From an uncultured Candidatus Poseidoniales archaeon (lineage in GTDB: Archaea > Thermoplasmatota > Poseidoniia > Poseidoniales > Poseidoniaceae), in NCBI GenBank assembly GCA_964013535.1, contig CAXGWS010000004.1, positions 22,854-86,853 of the forward strand: a DNA stretch of 64,000 nucleotides, in the 5' to 3' direction. The notes below the pieces were generated by a model. The model was not told the DNA's origin, searched no databases, and saw nothing but the letters and a program-made list of their open reading frames with translations. Made by a program: the position numbers and the translations under genes. This document shows, piece by piece, positions 1 to 8,915 of the stretch; the first letter of the stretch is position 1, and each line of letters opens with the position of its first letter.

Positions 1-1908
1 TCAGCAAATCCAGAAATTTGGCAATCCTCCTCTACAGGCCCAACCGAAGCAGGAGGGTTTGGAATATTTGCCGTAGCGCCGGGAGTATCGATTAATTCTG
101 CCAAAGCGGATGGGTTTGATGATTCAATGAATAATGCCTTGCGCGCATCAAGCGGGACGAGTATGGCCACACCAATCGCTGCCTCATTTACTGGAATTAT
201 TCAGCAGATGGTAGAACAAGGTTGGATCCTGTCTTCTAATGAAGTCGTCAACCAGTACAACTTGTCAACAATATCACCTTCTTGGTCTGCATTGCCCAAC
301 GAAAGTATTGGGCTTGGCGAGGGTTTTACTCCTTCGGGCCCGTTACTCCGTTCCTTGCTTGCAATAGCAACTAAGGACATTACCCAAGATGAGGGATACT
401 TTGTCAGAAATAATGAGGCTGGATGGGGTGTATTGTCTCTTGAGGAGTTGATTGACTTCGGCCAACTTGAAACATCTTTAGGCCAAGAGAATTTAACACC
501 GACTTCAAACGTATGGATTCATGACAGTTTTCGCAACTCGTTTGATGTTGGTGAGTGGTTAACCGAGCGTATTGTTGCATCATCGACAGGAAATATAGCC
601 GATAGCCCATGGAATGGAGGAGGTGCAGAAGGTCCATTTTTGGGTACTGGTGAGGTATGGACTAAACGATTGGTGCCAACTCAAACCGAAGATTTTGAAG
701 TTGTTTTATCGTTCGCTGCAAAACCAGAACCGTTCTTAGTTGACGATTTACGACTAGTGGTGAAGTTGTCTGACGGTGATATGGCATCGGGAGGCGTCTA
801 TGATGCTGATGGATTTTCATCCATATTTTCTAACGAAAGTCTCGAGTTCGCCAACATACAGAAATCAAACGAAACAAGTGTCTCGGTGAAAATACCAATG
901 AGTGAATTGGTCGATATATCGTGGTTAGATATAGAAGTACATGCTAACTATGTTGCTCCTGGAAATACTCCCGGAAGTGTTGGTGTTGACGGCGACAGAG
1001 TGGGTTTCGCATTAGCGGCAAAAGGCGTTATCAGAGATTCTCAGAATTGGGAAGATTCGGATGGAGATGGTATTGCTAACGCTGTTGATCTATGTCCAAA
1101 TCAACATTCACAGAATTATGATTTAGATTTAGATGGGTGTCCTGACGATACTGATGGAGATGGTATTGATGACCAATATGATCTTTGTCCATCAATTAAT
1201 TCCCAAGGCTACGACAGTGATTTAGATGGTTGCATAGATGATTCGGACAGTGATGGTGTGGGTGACAATATTGATTTGTGTTTCACAGAAATAATATCTC
1301 TAGAGTACCCTGTTGATAATGCCGGCTGTCGTCCTATCGATTCCCCAATTTCGATTGCTCAAATTGATATTTTTGGCTTAGAAAATCAAATATGGTCTTC
1401 TGAATTAGATGTTCGATGGAAGATAATTGATGATGATTTTGACCCGTATTTGACCGGAGCTAGAATAATGATTAATCAAACAGGAAACAACTCATTCTTC
1501 CCGATTTCCACCTGTACCGCCCAAGACATTACTATCGAGGGTGATGTGCACAAATGCTCGTGGAATGTTATTGATGATTTACCGATATTTGATGTGACTG
1601 GTTTTGGCTTACATGTCCAGTTTTTCGCCCAAAGCCTCAATCAATCGCCTGAAGCAAATAACGCGTTGATATACTATGATTCTGAAATTTATTTTTCCGT
1701 TGATAACTATGATAATACTCTTACTACTGATAATTCAAATCCCGGTGCTGCAAATTCTGTGCGTTCGCTCGGATGGGGAATAATCACAATTTTTTCAATT
1801 GCGTTAATCTGTCGTAAATTGTGGTCGGTGGCTCAAGAAAAAGACGTTCGTTATGAAAATGGGAATGATTTGATAAATAATCCCTTTATTGACCAAGAAA
1901 CCGAGTGA
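1..1908 (+). CDS. S8 (subtilisin-like) serine peptidase, 5'-truncated by the window edge, with thrombospondin type-3-like Ca-binding repeats and a C-terminal membrane anchor
   Basis: Frame is open from base 1 (SSTGPT...AVAPGVSINSA). Catalytic-Ser motif GTSMATP; DxDGDG..D.CP repeats; hydrophobic C-terminal segment (LGWGIITIFSIALIC) followed by a basic stop-transfer. Confidence 0.85.
   Translation, partial: SANPEIWQSSSTGPTEAGGFGIFAVAPGVSINSAKADGFDDSMNNALRASSGTSMATPIAASFTGIIQQMVEQGWILSSNEVVNQYNLSTISPSWSALPNESIGLGEGFTPSGPLLRSLLAIATKDITQDEGYFVRNNEAGWGVLSLEELIDFGQLETSLGQENLTPTSNVWIHDSFRNSFDVGEWLTERIVASSTGNIADSPWNGGGAEGPFLGTGEVWTKRLVPTQTEDFEVVLSFAAKPEPFLVDDLRLVVKLSDGDMASGGVYDADGFSSIFSNESLEFANIQKSNETSVSVKIPMSELVDISWLDIEVHANYVAPGNTPGSVGVDGDRVGFALAAKGVIRDSQNWEDSDGDGIANAVDLCPNQHSQNYDLDLDGCPDDTDGDGIDDQYDLCPSINSQGYDSDLDGCIDDSDSDGVGDNIDLCFTEIISLEYPVDNAGCRPIDSPISIAQIDIFGLENQIWSSELDVRWKIIDDDFDPYLTGARIMINQTGNNSFFPISTCTAQDITIEGDVHKCSWNVIDDLPIFDVTGFGLHVQFFAQSLNQSPEANNALIYYDSEIYFSVDNYDNTLTTDNSNPGAANSVRSLGWGIITIFSIALICRKLWSVAQEKDVRYENGNDLINNPFIDQETE
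1054..1284 (+). repeat. Three tandem TSP3-like protein repeats inside the subtilase
   Basis: DSDGDGIANAVDLCP / DTDGDGIDDQYDLCP / DSDSDGVGDNIDLC, with intervening YDxDLDGC units. Confidence 0.8.
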
Positions 1909-2021
1909 CTGAGTTGGTATTTGCCGGTTTTTTTGTTAGTTTTATTGCGTTTATGACAAGGTGAACCTTGAAGTTCAATGTCGTTTTGGGTCAAATATCC
2001 CCAAGGGGGATGGTGAATATT

Positions 2022-3026
2022 ATGAGTGACCGCCTTTATGTTGGAATTGACCTAGGAACATACCAATCTACAATCTCTTCGAGTGCTGGTGCAAGCCACA
2101 CTATTGAGACTATTGTAGGTAGACCGAAAGACCCTGTCGCAAGGAATTTCCTTGGACGTGATGTGCTATTTGGCAACGATGCGTTGAAGAATAAGTTGGC
2201 TTGTAATTTATACCGGCCAATGGCCGCCGGTGTTGCCCAAGATGATGAGGCAAACTTGGCAGCTGCTAAGGCATTCGTTTCTCATCTACTAGAAACAGTA
2301 GATCCTGAAGAGTATGACGAAGTTTTCGGAGTCATATGCTCTCCAAGCCACGTCTCGTTCACTGATAAGTCAAACCTTGTTGCAACACTCAGAGGCCAAG
2401 TAAACGCAATCATGGTCGTCACAGAACCCTTTGCAACAGCGTATGGGATTGAAGAAATTGCCGGTTCAATTGTTGTTGATATTGGTGCTGGAACCACTGA
2501 TATCGCTCGTATTCACGGCACCTTCCCTTCCGATGAAGACCAAATCACAATCCAAGAAGCTGGCGATTGGTTAGACTTGGAACTTATGGGATTAGTCGAA
2601 AAGAAATACACTGGTGCTCAAGTTACCAAAGACATGGTACGTCGCTGGAAAGAAGCATCATCATATGTCGGTAGTGAAACAAAAGAAGTCATGGTAGAAC
2701 TTTCAGTAGAAGGCAAGAAACAAGTTGTTGACATTGGCGATTTAATTGTCGAGGCTTGTGAATCTATTGTGCCGCTTATTGCCAATGCGATAAAGAAGAT
2801 TGTTGCGACAGCAGACCCAGAATATCAACCAGTCCTCAGAAACAACATCATTCTCTCTGGTGGCGGCTCTTTAATCGACGGTATTGCTGCAAGAATGGCA
2901 GAGGAAATTTCTGATATCGGTGATGTCAATGTTTGGTGTGTTGAAGATGCAATCAATAGCGTTGCTAACGGCGCACTAAAACTCGCCGGTGAAATGCCAG
3001 ATGATATGTATACTGCAATTAACTAA
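2022..3026 (+). CDS. Actin-family ATPase, MamK/salactin-like
   Basis: Actin-fold motifs GIDLGT, TEPFATAYG, VDIGAGTTD and LSGGGS. Segments resemble MamK (VGxPKD, EDQITxxxAGxxLD, PEYQxxxxxNI). Start moved to ATG 2022, which follows GGGGGATGGTGA. Confidence 0.85.
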   Translation: MSDRLYVGIDLGTYQSTISSSAGASHTIETIVGRPKDPVARNFLGRDVLFGNDALKNKLACNLYRPMAAGVAQDDEANLAAAKAFVSHLLETVDPEEYDEVFGVICSPSHVSFTDKSNLVATLRGQVNAIMVVTEPFATAYGIEEIAGSIVVDIGAGTTDIARIHGTFPSDEDQITIQEAGDWLDLELMGLVEKKYTGAQVTKDMVRRWKEASSYVGSETKEVMVELSVEGKKQVVDIGDLIVEACESIVPLIANAIKKIVATADPEYQPVLRNNIILSGGGSLIDGIAARMAEEISDIGDVNVWCVEDAINSVANGALKLAGEMPDDMYTAIN

Positions 3027-3079
3027 AGTTAGTTGTGGATTTTGAATTTAGGTCGACAATACGGCCTAATTGACCCAAA

Positions 3080-4390
3080 ATGATTGGGAAAGTTCAAGAG
3101 TGGTTGATTACCGATAGGCGTCGTATGACAGTCGGCTCTTCGTCACCCAGCGGGATAAAACGTGTTGGTGATACCTCATCTGAAGAGCGAGCCGCATTAG
3201 AAGGAATGTTGCAAGGTTACCCTGTTGAGCAACTTGTTGAGGAAGTGTTAATCGCTTGGGACGAGTTGGCAAAAAGAAATGATGAGATGGTTTCGGTCAA
3301 ACAGCGGTTGCGCGTACTTGAATTGGATTTGGCGGAAAGAGAGGATATGGTCGCACCAGAAGTCGCTCGAATGAATGATTTAGAAACTGAGCTTGAAGAG
3401 CGTAGAAGTCAAATGGTTCACCTTGAAAGATTATTATCCGATGCTAGGCAGGACTTAGCCGCTCAGCAGTCTTCATTATCAAATGAAGAAAAAATACGCC
3501 TTGAAGACGAAGTTGATGCTTTGAAAGGTCTGACCTCTGAACAAGATGAAGTAATAGGTGAAATGGAGGGGAGAATTTCTCAAATGGTTGAAGCGCTTGA
3601 GAGGGCTGCTGATGCTGGTTTAACCTCTGTCACGGCTGACGAGGTAAGGAATTTAAAGTCTCAAGTTGACAATATGACCAAACAATACGAGGTCGAAGCG
3701 TCAGCAAATAAGGCACTTGAGGAAGAGCGCCAGCGACTACGAGATATTGCAGATCGCTTAAGAGGCCTCTTAGATGCCCGTGATAACAGATTAACTGAGC
3801 TTGAAGAACAATTGGAGCGCGTTATGCAGGGACCACGTTCGGTCTCTGCGGAACATGATTACTTAGTCGAGCAAATTGAAGAATTAAAACGCAGGCTGCT
3901 TGAAAGAAATCGAGAATATGAATCCCTACGTCGAAGGGAAAGACGCCTACACAGTGATGTCTTTGAAAGAGATGAAAGAATACAACAAATGTCTCTAACA
4001 ATGAGTGATTTGGAGTCTGCACTTCAAGATAGGACTGCTGAATTAAGAGAGTTGGAAAATATCAGAGAGACAATGTCAAACGAATTAGACTCGGTCCGAA
4101 GAGGGGAGCGTACTCGAGAAGTCGTTGGAAGAGTATTTGCCGATTCATTGTCCTTAGTTAGAGGCCATGATGAGCGTGAAATGATGAGAGAGGCTTATGC
4201 TAATTCTCCAGATGTTGAAAGGAAGTTAGCAACACCAGAACTTGACGATATGGCAAGTTTGGCTGAGGGTGGTAGAGTAGAACTCAATGTTGAAGAAACG
4301 GTAATTGAGCCTGGAATGGAAGTAGATACTAATCGTCCATCTGCTCCAGGTGGCAGTGGTGATCCTGTTATCTTCGAAGATGAAGATTGA
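3080..4390 (+). CDS. Long coiled-coil protein with an acidic C-terminal tail, function unknown
   Basis: About 290 aa of E/R/L-rich heptad-like sequence; no Walker A motif; 53 bp downstream of the actin gene on the same strand. Confidence 0.75.
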   Translation: MIGKVQEWLITDRRRMTVGSSSPSGIKRVGDTSSEERAALEGMLQGYPVEQLVEEVLIAWDELAKRNDEMVSVKQRLRVLELDLAEREDMVAPEVARMNDLETELEERRSQMVHLERLLSDARQDLAAQQSSLSNEEKIRLEDEVDALKGLTSEQDEVIGEMEGRISQMVEALERAADAGLTSVTADEVRNLKSQVDNMTKQYEVEASANKALEEERQRLRDIADRLRGLLDARDNRLTELEEQLERVMQGPRSVSAEHDYLVEQIEELKRRLLERNREYESLRRRERRLHSDVFERDERIQQMSLTMSDLESALQDRTAELRELENIRETMSNELDSVRRGERTREVVGRVFADSLSLVRGHDEREMMREAYANSPDVERKLATPELDDMASLAEGGRVELNVEETVIEPGMEVDTNRPSAPGGSGDPVIFEDED

Positions 4391-4497
4391 ATATTGGCGA
4401 ACCGCCTTTTTCAATGGCGTTAGTTTATACAATAATTCATATCATTGGGTATTTGGTTGTTACATCTAGTTGCCAATGGCCGCCATGGGGTTTGGAA

Positions 4498-6105
4498 GTG
4501 GGAAAATATAGGTTTGATATTGGTAATCTCGTTATGTGTAACCTCGGAGAAAGGGGTTGGAAACTTGGTAGGGTTATCGCCCTCGATTACCGTGAAAGCA
4601 ACTGGGAAGATGGCGATGTTGCCCCATACCAAGTGGCCCTTGAAGAAGACCGCACACTGATTTATGTCCCAATCGATGATGCCCGCTTCTGTCGACAAGC
4701 AACGGAAGAAGATTTGAATATTCTAATTAGAAAAGATGCCTTAGCACGTAATGATTCCAAAATTGATAAATCTGGAGAAGTGGATTTAACCAATAATCAG
4801 CTAATATGCAACGAATCAATTGATTTTTCTAACTACAGAAACGGGCGTTGTGATTGCTGTAACGATTGCCCAAAGGCATGGACTTATGCCGAATTGTACA
4901 GTGAGCATTACCGTTGTGCAACCCGCAATGGTTTGAAGATTACAAGATTCGAAGATAACCTTGGAACTATATCTGTTGGAGATAACATAAACCATGAGCG
5001 TAATGAGTCGATACCTTGTGAAAGTGGTTTCCTCCAAGCGCCTACTTTGGTAAGGTTGCCTCCAGGGATTATATTCTCAGATGATGGTTCCATACAAGGA
5101 GAGGTATTATATGACCCGCATCGAGAAGAAAATTATGATGTTAGATTCGTCGCAGTAAGTACATTGATGTGGGATTCTGCTGCTGTTGGGATTGTTCGTT
5201 ATGAAATTTCATTCAGTGTTCAAAATAACCGCCCTCCGGCTGAATTCGATAAACAAGCTTTCGAATCTGACCAAGCGAAATCTCGTAAGGTTGCTAGAAA
5301 ACTCGTTGATTCATTGAATAGTGATTGGTTGAAATGGGAAAATGGCACTTTAGATAATTTATCCACTTGCCAAACCATGGGAAATACCCTGCGTGAGTTG
5401 AGGGTTTTATTGGAAGACAATCCAAGACTGGATAACGGTAAGTGGTGGGGCCACCTTGGTGGCTATCACATGAATGTTCACAAATTGTTAGATAATGCCC
5501 TATTTGAATGTGAATTATACTTAGGGTATGCGCTAACCTTTGGTGATGATGATGTCAAGTATTATGCCGAGCAGAATCTAAAAGGTTGCTACAATAAACG
5601 ATTATTGGAAGCTGCGCGATTCATGTGGATGGATGGCATAGAGTATATGTTACAGGAACAATGGACTCAAGCAATAGAACTGTTTCGTCTCGCAGCCAAA
5701 AAGAAGGAGGGTTGGGGATGGGCGGTCAATTATGGTGATATTTGGTTAAGTGAGGCTGTAGCAACGATAATACAGAATTGTGAAATTGATGGTGTTGGCT
5801 TAACTAAAGAAGTATTAGAAAGAGTAAACCAACTCATTTTGCAATGTGTGAAGAGAACAAATGATTCAAGGGTTTTTGGCTCTTATGGCCATCCTTGGGC
5901 TAGTGAAATAGAGGTTGCTCTCAAATCATATGGTGAATTGACTCAAGAAAGCAAGGATACCGAAAATTGGCTGAAAGAATTGAAGGCCCGGACTGTTTAT
6001 TGGTGCTCCCAAGTATTAGCCGGCATGTCACCATTTCCCCCACAAGAGAGGCCGCGAAGGGAATCTGCTGAAGCACTTATCGACCGCTTACCAAAGCACA
6101 ACTAA
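4498..6105 (+). CDS. Hypothetical multidomain protein (SH3-like N-terminal module, Cys cluster, Ig-like segment, helical C-terminus)
   Basis: ORF 4387-6105, with a probable GTG start at 4498. N-terminal YRFDIG..V.C..G..GW..G.V....Y.E..W......PYQV.L module; CDCCNDC cluster; LPPGIIFSDDGSIQG resembles He_PIG Ig repeats. Confidence 0.6.
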   Translation: MGKYRFDIGNLVMCNLGERGWKLGRVIALDYRESNWEDGDVAPYQVALEEDRTLIYVPIDDARFCRQATEEDLNILIRKDALARNDSKIDKSGEVDLTNNQLICNESIDFSNYRNGRCDCCNDCPKAWTYAELYSEHYRCATRNGLKITRFEDNLGTISVGDNINHERNESIPCESGFLQAPTLVRLPPGIIFSDDGSIQGEVLYDPHREENYDVRFVAVSTLMWDSAAVGIVRYEISFSVQNNRPPAEFDKQAFESDQAKSRKVARKLVDSLNSDWLKWENGTLDNLSTCQTMGNTLRELRVLLEDNPRLDNGKWWGHLGGYHMNVHKLLDNALFECELYLGYALTFGDDDVKYYAEQNLKGCYNKRLLEAARFMWMDGIEYMLQEQWTQAIELFRLAAKKKEGWGWAVNYGDIWLSEAVATIIQNCEIDGVGLTKEVLERVNQLILQCVKRTNDSRVFGSYGHPWASEIEVALKSYGELTQESKDTENWLKELKARTVYWCSQVLAGMSPFPPQERPRRESAEALIDRLPKHN

Positions 6106-6138
6106 TCACTGTTTTAGCAACCTTAGGTTGTATCGGAT

Positions 6139-6951
6139 TTAGTTACCAAGCACCGAGCAAATAGATGATATTCGGTCTGATAAGTCTGCCAAATCCGCAG
6201 CATCTTCCGTCAAAGTTCCCGTGACTATCCAATCTGCCCCTGCATCAGCAGCAATCTTCGCCTGTTCTGCAGTTCTTATGCCGCCACCAACAATTAGGGT
6301 AAGTCCTTCAGTGCTTCGAGCAGAGCGTATCAGCTCTGGACTTACTTGTCTGTCAGCGCCGCTTCCTGCTTCGAGATATAATAGTTTGAAGCCATACATT
6401 GCGGCTGTCAATGAATAAGCCTGCACCAGTTCTGTATCATTTGGCATGATTAATTCGGCACTACCGACCTCTCCTACTTTGCCTCCAGGGTGGCACACAA
6501 GGTAACCTGTAGGCAGCGCATCGACGCCAAACTTAGCGAGATATGGCGCTCCGCGCACCTGTTCGCCAACCAAAAATCTTCGATCTGTTGAATTCATTAA
6601 CATCATGAAAGTTATTGCGTCTGCTGCGGGAGAAAGCGCATGTGAACCTCCTGGGAACAAGACTACTGGTACCTTCCAGTAATCTTCGTCGCTATCCGGA
6701 GATTGACTGGCTGCGAAGGCGCGTAATTCGAGACTTTCTTGTATTGCAACGCATGTAGCATGTACTTCTTCATCAGGAGTATCTGTTGAACCACCTACGA
6801 AAATCATTGATGAGCCTGCCTCAATGGCGACACATGCTCGGTCTGCTGCGACTTGTGGGGATTGTTTATCTGGGTCAATTAACGTAATGTGTCTAGTATG
6901 ACCACGTTTTTTTGTGACATAAGACAGAATGGTTTCATCATCCCTACGCAT
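6139..6951 (-). CDS. Geranylgeranylglyceryl phosphate (GGGP) synthase, PcrB family group II
   Basis: HITLIDPDK, FVGGST, VVLFPG, GYLV..PGG.VG.VG, YLEAGSGA, IVGGGIR and GADWIVTG motifs. Confidence 0.93.
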   Translation of the reverse strand: MRRDDETILSYVTKKRGHTRHITLIDPDKQSPQVAADRACVAIEAGSSMIFVGGSTDTPDEEVHATCVAIQESLELRAFAASQSPDSDEDYWKVPVVLFPGGSHALSPAADAITFMMLMNSTDRRFLVGEQVRGAPYLAKFGVDALPTGYLVCHPGGKVGEVGSAELIMPNDTELVQAYSLTAAMYGFKLLYLEAGSGADRQVSPELIRSARSTEGLTLIVGGGIRTAEQAKIAADAGADWIVTGTLTEDAADLADLSDRISSICSVLGN

Positions 6952-7049
6952 GCCAATCGTCTACTCCTTCAACTCACAACGCATATTTATTGCGGAGGTT
7001 AATTTGGTTAAGGTGCCAATCACACAGTTATCAATAAGCACCGTTTGGA

Positions 7050-8828
7050 ATGGTTATGGGCGAGATTGGGCCTTTCAGAAGACTGTTGTCTCACATGAAA
7101 GGGCATAGAAAGACTATCCGGCTTGCATCATTTTGTTCAGTTACTAACAAAATTTGGGACCTAGCTCCCCCGCTACTTATTGGCTTGGCTGTAGATGTAG
7201 TGGTGCTAAAAGAGGATTCATTTCTTGCGGGGTTGGGGTATTCTGACCCTTGGAATCAACTGATATTGCTGTCTGTATTGACATTTTTAATTTGGGGGCT
7301 TGAGTCACTGTTCGAATATTTCTATGGGGTTTTGTGGCGAAATCTAGCACAAAGCGTGCAGCATGAGTTACGACTTGATACCTTCAACCACGTTCAAAAG
7401 CAAGGTATGGGTTGGTTTGATGAACGGCAAAAAGGAGATATTCTTGCCATCTTAAATGATGATATCAATCAATTAGAAAGATTCCTTGATAAGGGTGCTA
7501 ATGATCTATTACAAGTATCAACTACTGTGATAGTGGTCGGGGCAGTATTCTTATTCATCTCTTGGGAAGTTGCACTTTTAGCTATTATTCCAATACCTCT
7601 AATCGTCTGGGGTTCGTTCAAATATCAAAGAAGCCTTGAACCAAAATATGCTGACGTTCGTAATGCTGCGGGCAAGATGAACGCATTGCTTGAAAATGAC
7701 TTATCGGGTATGTCAACAATTCAATCATTTACGTCCGAAGAAATTGAAGTGAATAGGGTTGAAAAATTGAGTAATGATTATCGCGAAGCAAACCGGAAGG
7801 CTATCCGTCTTTCGGCAGCGTTCACGCCACTAATACGAATGGCGATTCTCTGTGGTTTTACTGCCACATTACTTCTAGGCGGGTGGTTTACTCTCGAAGG
7901 AGAGTTAGCAGTTGGTGCATATTCCGTTTTGGTATTCATGACTCAACGGTTGTTGTGGCCACTAACAAGATTGGGTGAGACATTCGACCTATATCAAAGA
8001 GCGATGGCGTCGTCAACAAGGGTCTTGGATGTCCTAACTTCTGAGATTGAGATTAAGCAAGGCGATTATGAACCAACAAGAGATACCATCGAACAGAGTG
8101 ACATACAATTCAACGATATTGTATTTGCATATTCCAAACGAGATAACACATTTGATGGGTTGTCTTTGACTCTAAAGGCAGGTAAAACTACTGGTGTTGT
8201 TGGATCGACAGGAGCGGGTAAAACAACTCTAACAAGGTTAATGTTGAGATTTGCCCAGCCAGATTCAGGTTCTATTACTTGGGCTGGAAGAGGTATTGAA
8301 GATTGGTCTCTAAAGCACCTGAGATCATCAATTGCTTTAGTGGAACAGCACATCACCCTCTTCCCAACCTCGATTCTTGAAAATATCAGATATGGAAATC
8401 CAGATGCTGATGATGAGCAGGTACATCGCGCCGCAGAGATTGCAGAGGTGACGGAGTTTGTCAAGACTCTACCAAACCAGTGGGAAACCATGGTTGGTGA
8501 GGGGGGATATCGGTTGTCTGGTGGACAGAGGCAGCGATTGGCAATAGCAAGAGCAGTGTTGAAGGATGCCCCTTTGCTTATCCTAGACGAAGCAACCTCT
8601 GCTGTGGATAATGAAACCGAAGCTTCGCTCCAACGCTCAATTGATTATGTGTCAAAGGACCGCACTACGATAATTATTGCTCATAGGTTATCGACCATAC
8701 GTAATTGTGATACGATATTAGTTATGGATAATGGTGGTATTGTTGAGCGAGGCAGTCATAGCGAGTTGATTACAAACGGTGGTATTTACCATCGATTATG
8801 GAAGGTGCAAACTGGTGAAAAGTCGTAA
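7050..8828 (+). CDS. ABC exporter, fused permease and ATP-binding domains (MsbA-like)
   Basis: N-terminal TM domain; Walker A GSTGAGKT; signature LSGGQRQR; Walker B LILDEATSAVD; H-loop IAHRLST. Confidence 0.95.
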   Translation: MVMGEIGPFRRLLSHMKGHRKTIRLASFCSVTNKIWDLAPPLLIGLAVDVVVLKEDSFLAGLGYSDPWNQLILLSVLTFLIWGLESLFEYFYGVLWRNLAQSVQHELRLDTFNHVQKQGMGWFDERQKGDILAILNDDINQLERFLDKGANDLLQVSTTVIVVGAVFLFISWEVALLAIIPIPLIVWGSFKYQRSLEPKYADVRNAAGKMNALLENDLSGMSTIQSFTSEEIEVNRVEKLSNDYREANRKAIRLSAAFTPLIRMAILCGFTATLLLGGWFTLEGELAVGAYSVLVFMTQRLLWPLTRLGETFDLYQRAMASSTRVLDVLTSEIEIKQGDYEPTRDTIEQSDIQFNDIVFAYSKRDNTFDGLSLTLKAGKTTGVVGSTGAGKTTLTRLMLRFAQPDSGSITWAGRGIEDWSLKHLRSSIALVEQHITLFPTSILENIRYGNPDADDEQVHRAAEIAEVTEFVKTLPNQWETMVGEGGYRLSGGQRQRLAIARAVLKDAPLLILDEATSAVDNETEASLQRSIDYVSKDRTTIIIAHRLSTIRNCDTILVMDNGGIVERGSHSELITNGGIYHRLWKVQTGEKS

Positions 8829-8862
8829 AAACCCCTTGATGTTTTATAAATGCTAACACTCT

Positions 8863-8870
8863 TTTATATA
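8863..8870 (+). promoter_or_regulatory. Probable archaeal TATA box of the proteorhodopsin gene
   Basis: TTTATATA at 8863-8870, 30-45 bp upstream of the candidate ATGs at 8901 and 8916. Confidence 0.5.
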
Positions 8871-8915
8871 CTCAACCCAAAAAACAGCCGATTGAGAAAT
8901 ATGTTTAAATCGAAT

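Noticed and set aside
2022-3026. Magnetosome island, suggested by the MamK-like actin
   Set aside because: No mamA/B/E/M/Q or other magnetosome genes in 64 kb; MamK-like actins also occur in non-magnetic archaea.
3080-4390. SMC/Rad50 call for the coiled-coil protein
   Set aside because: No Walker A/B, signature or hinge motifs, and too short.
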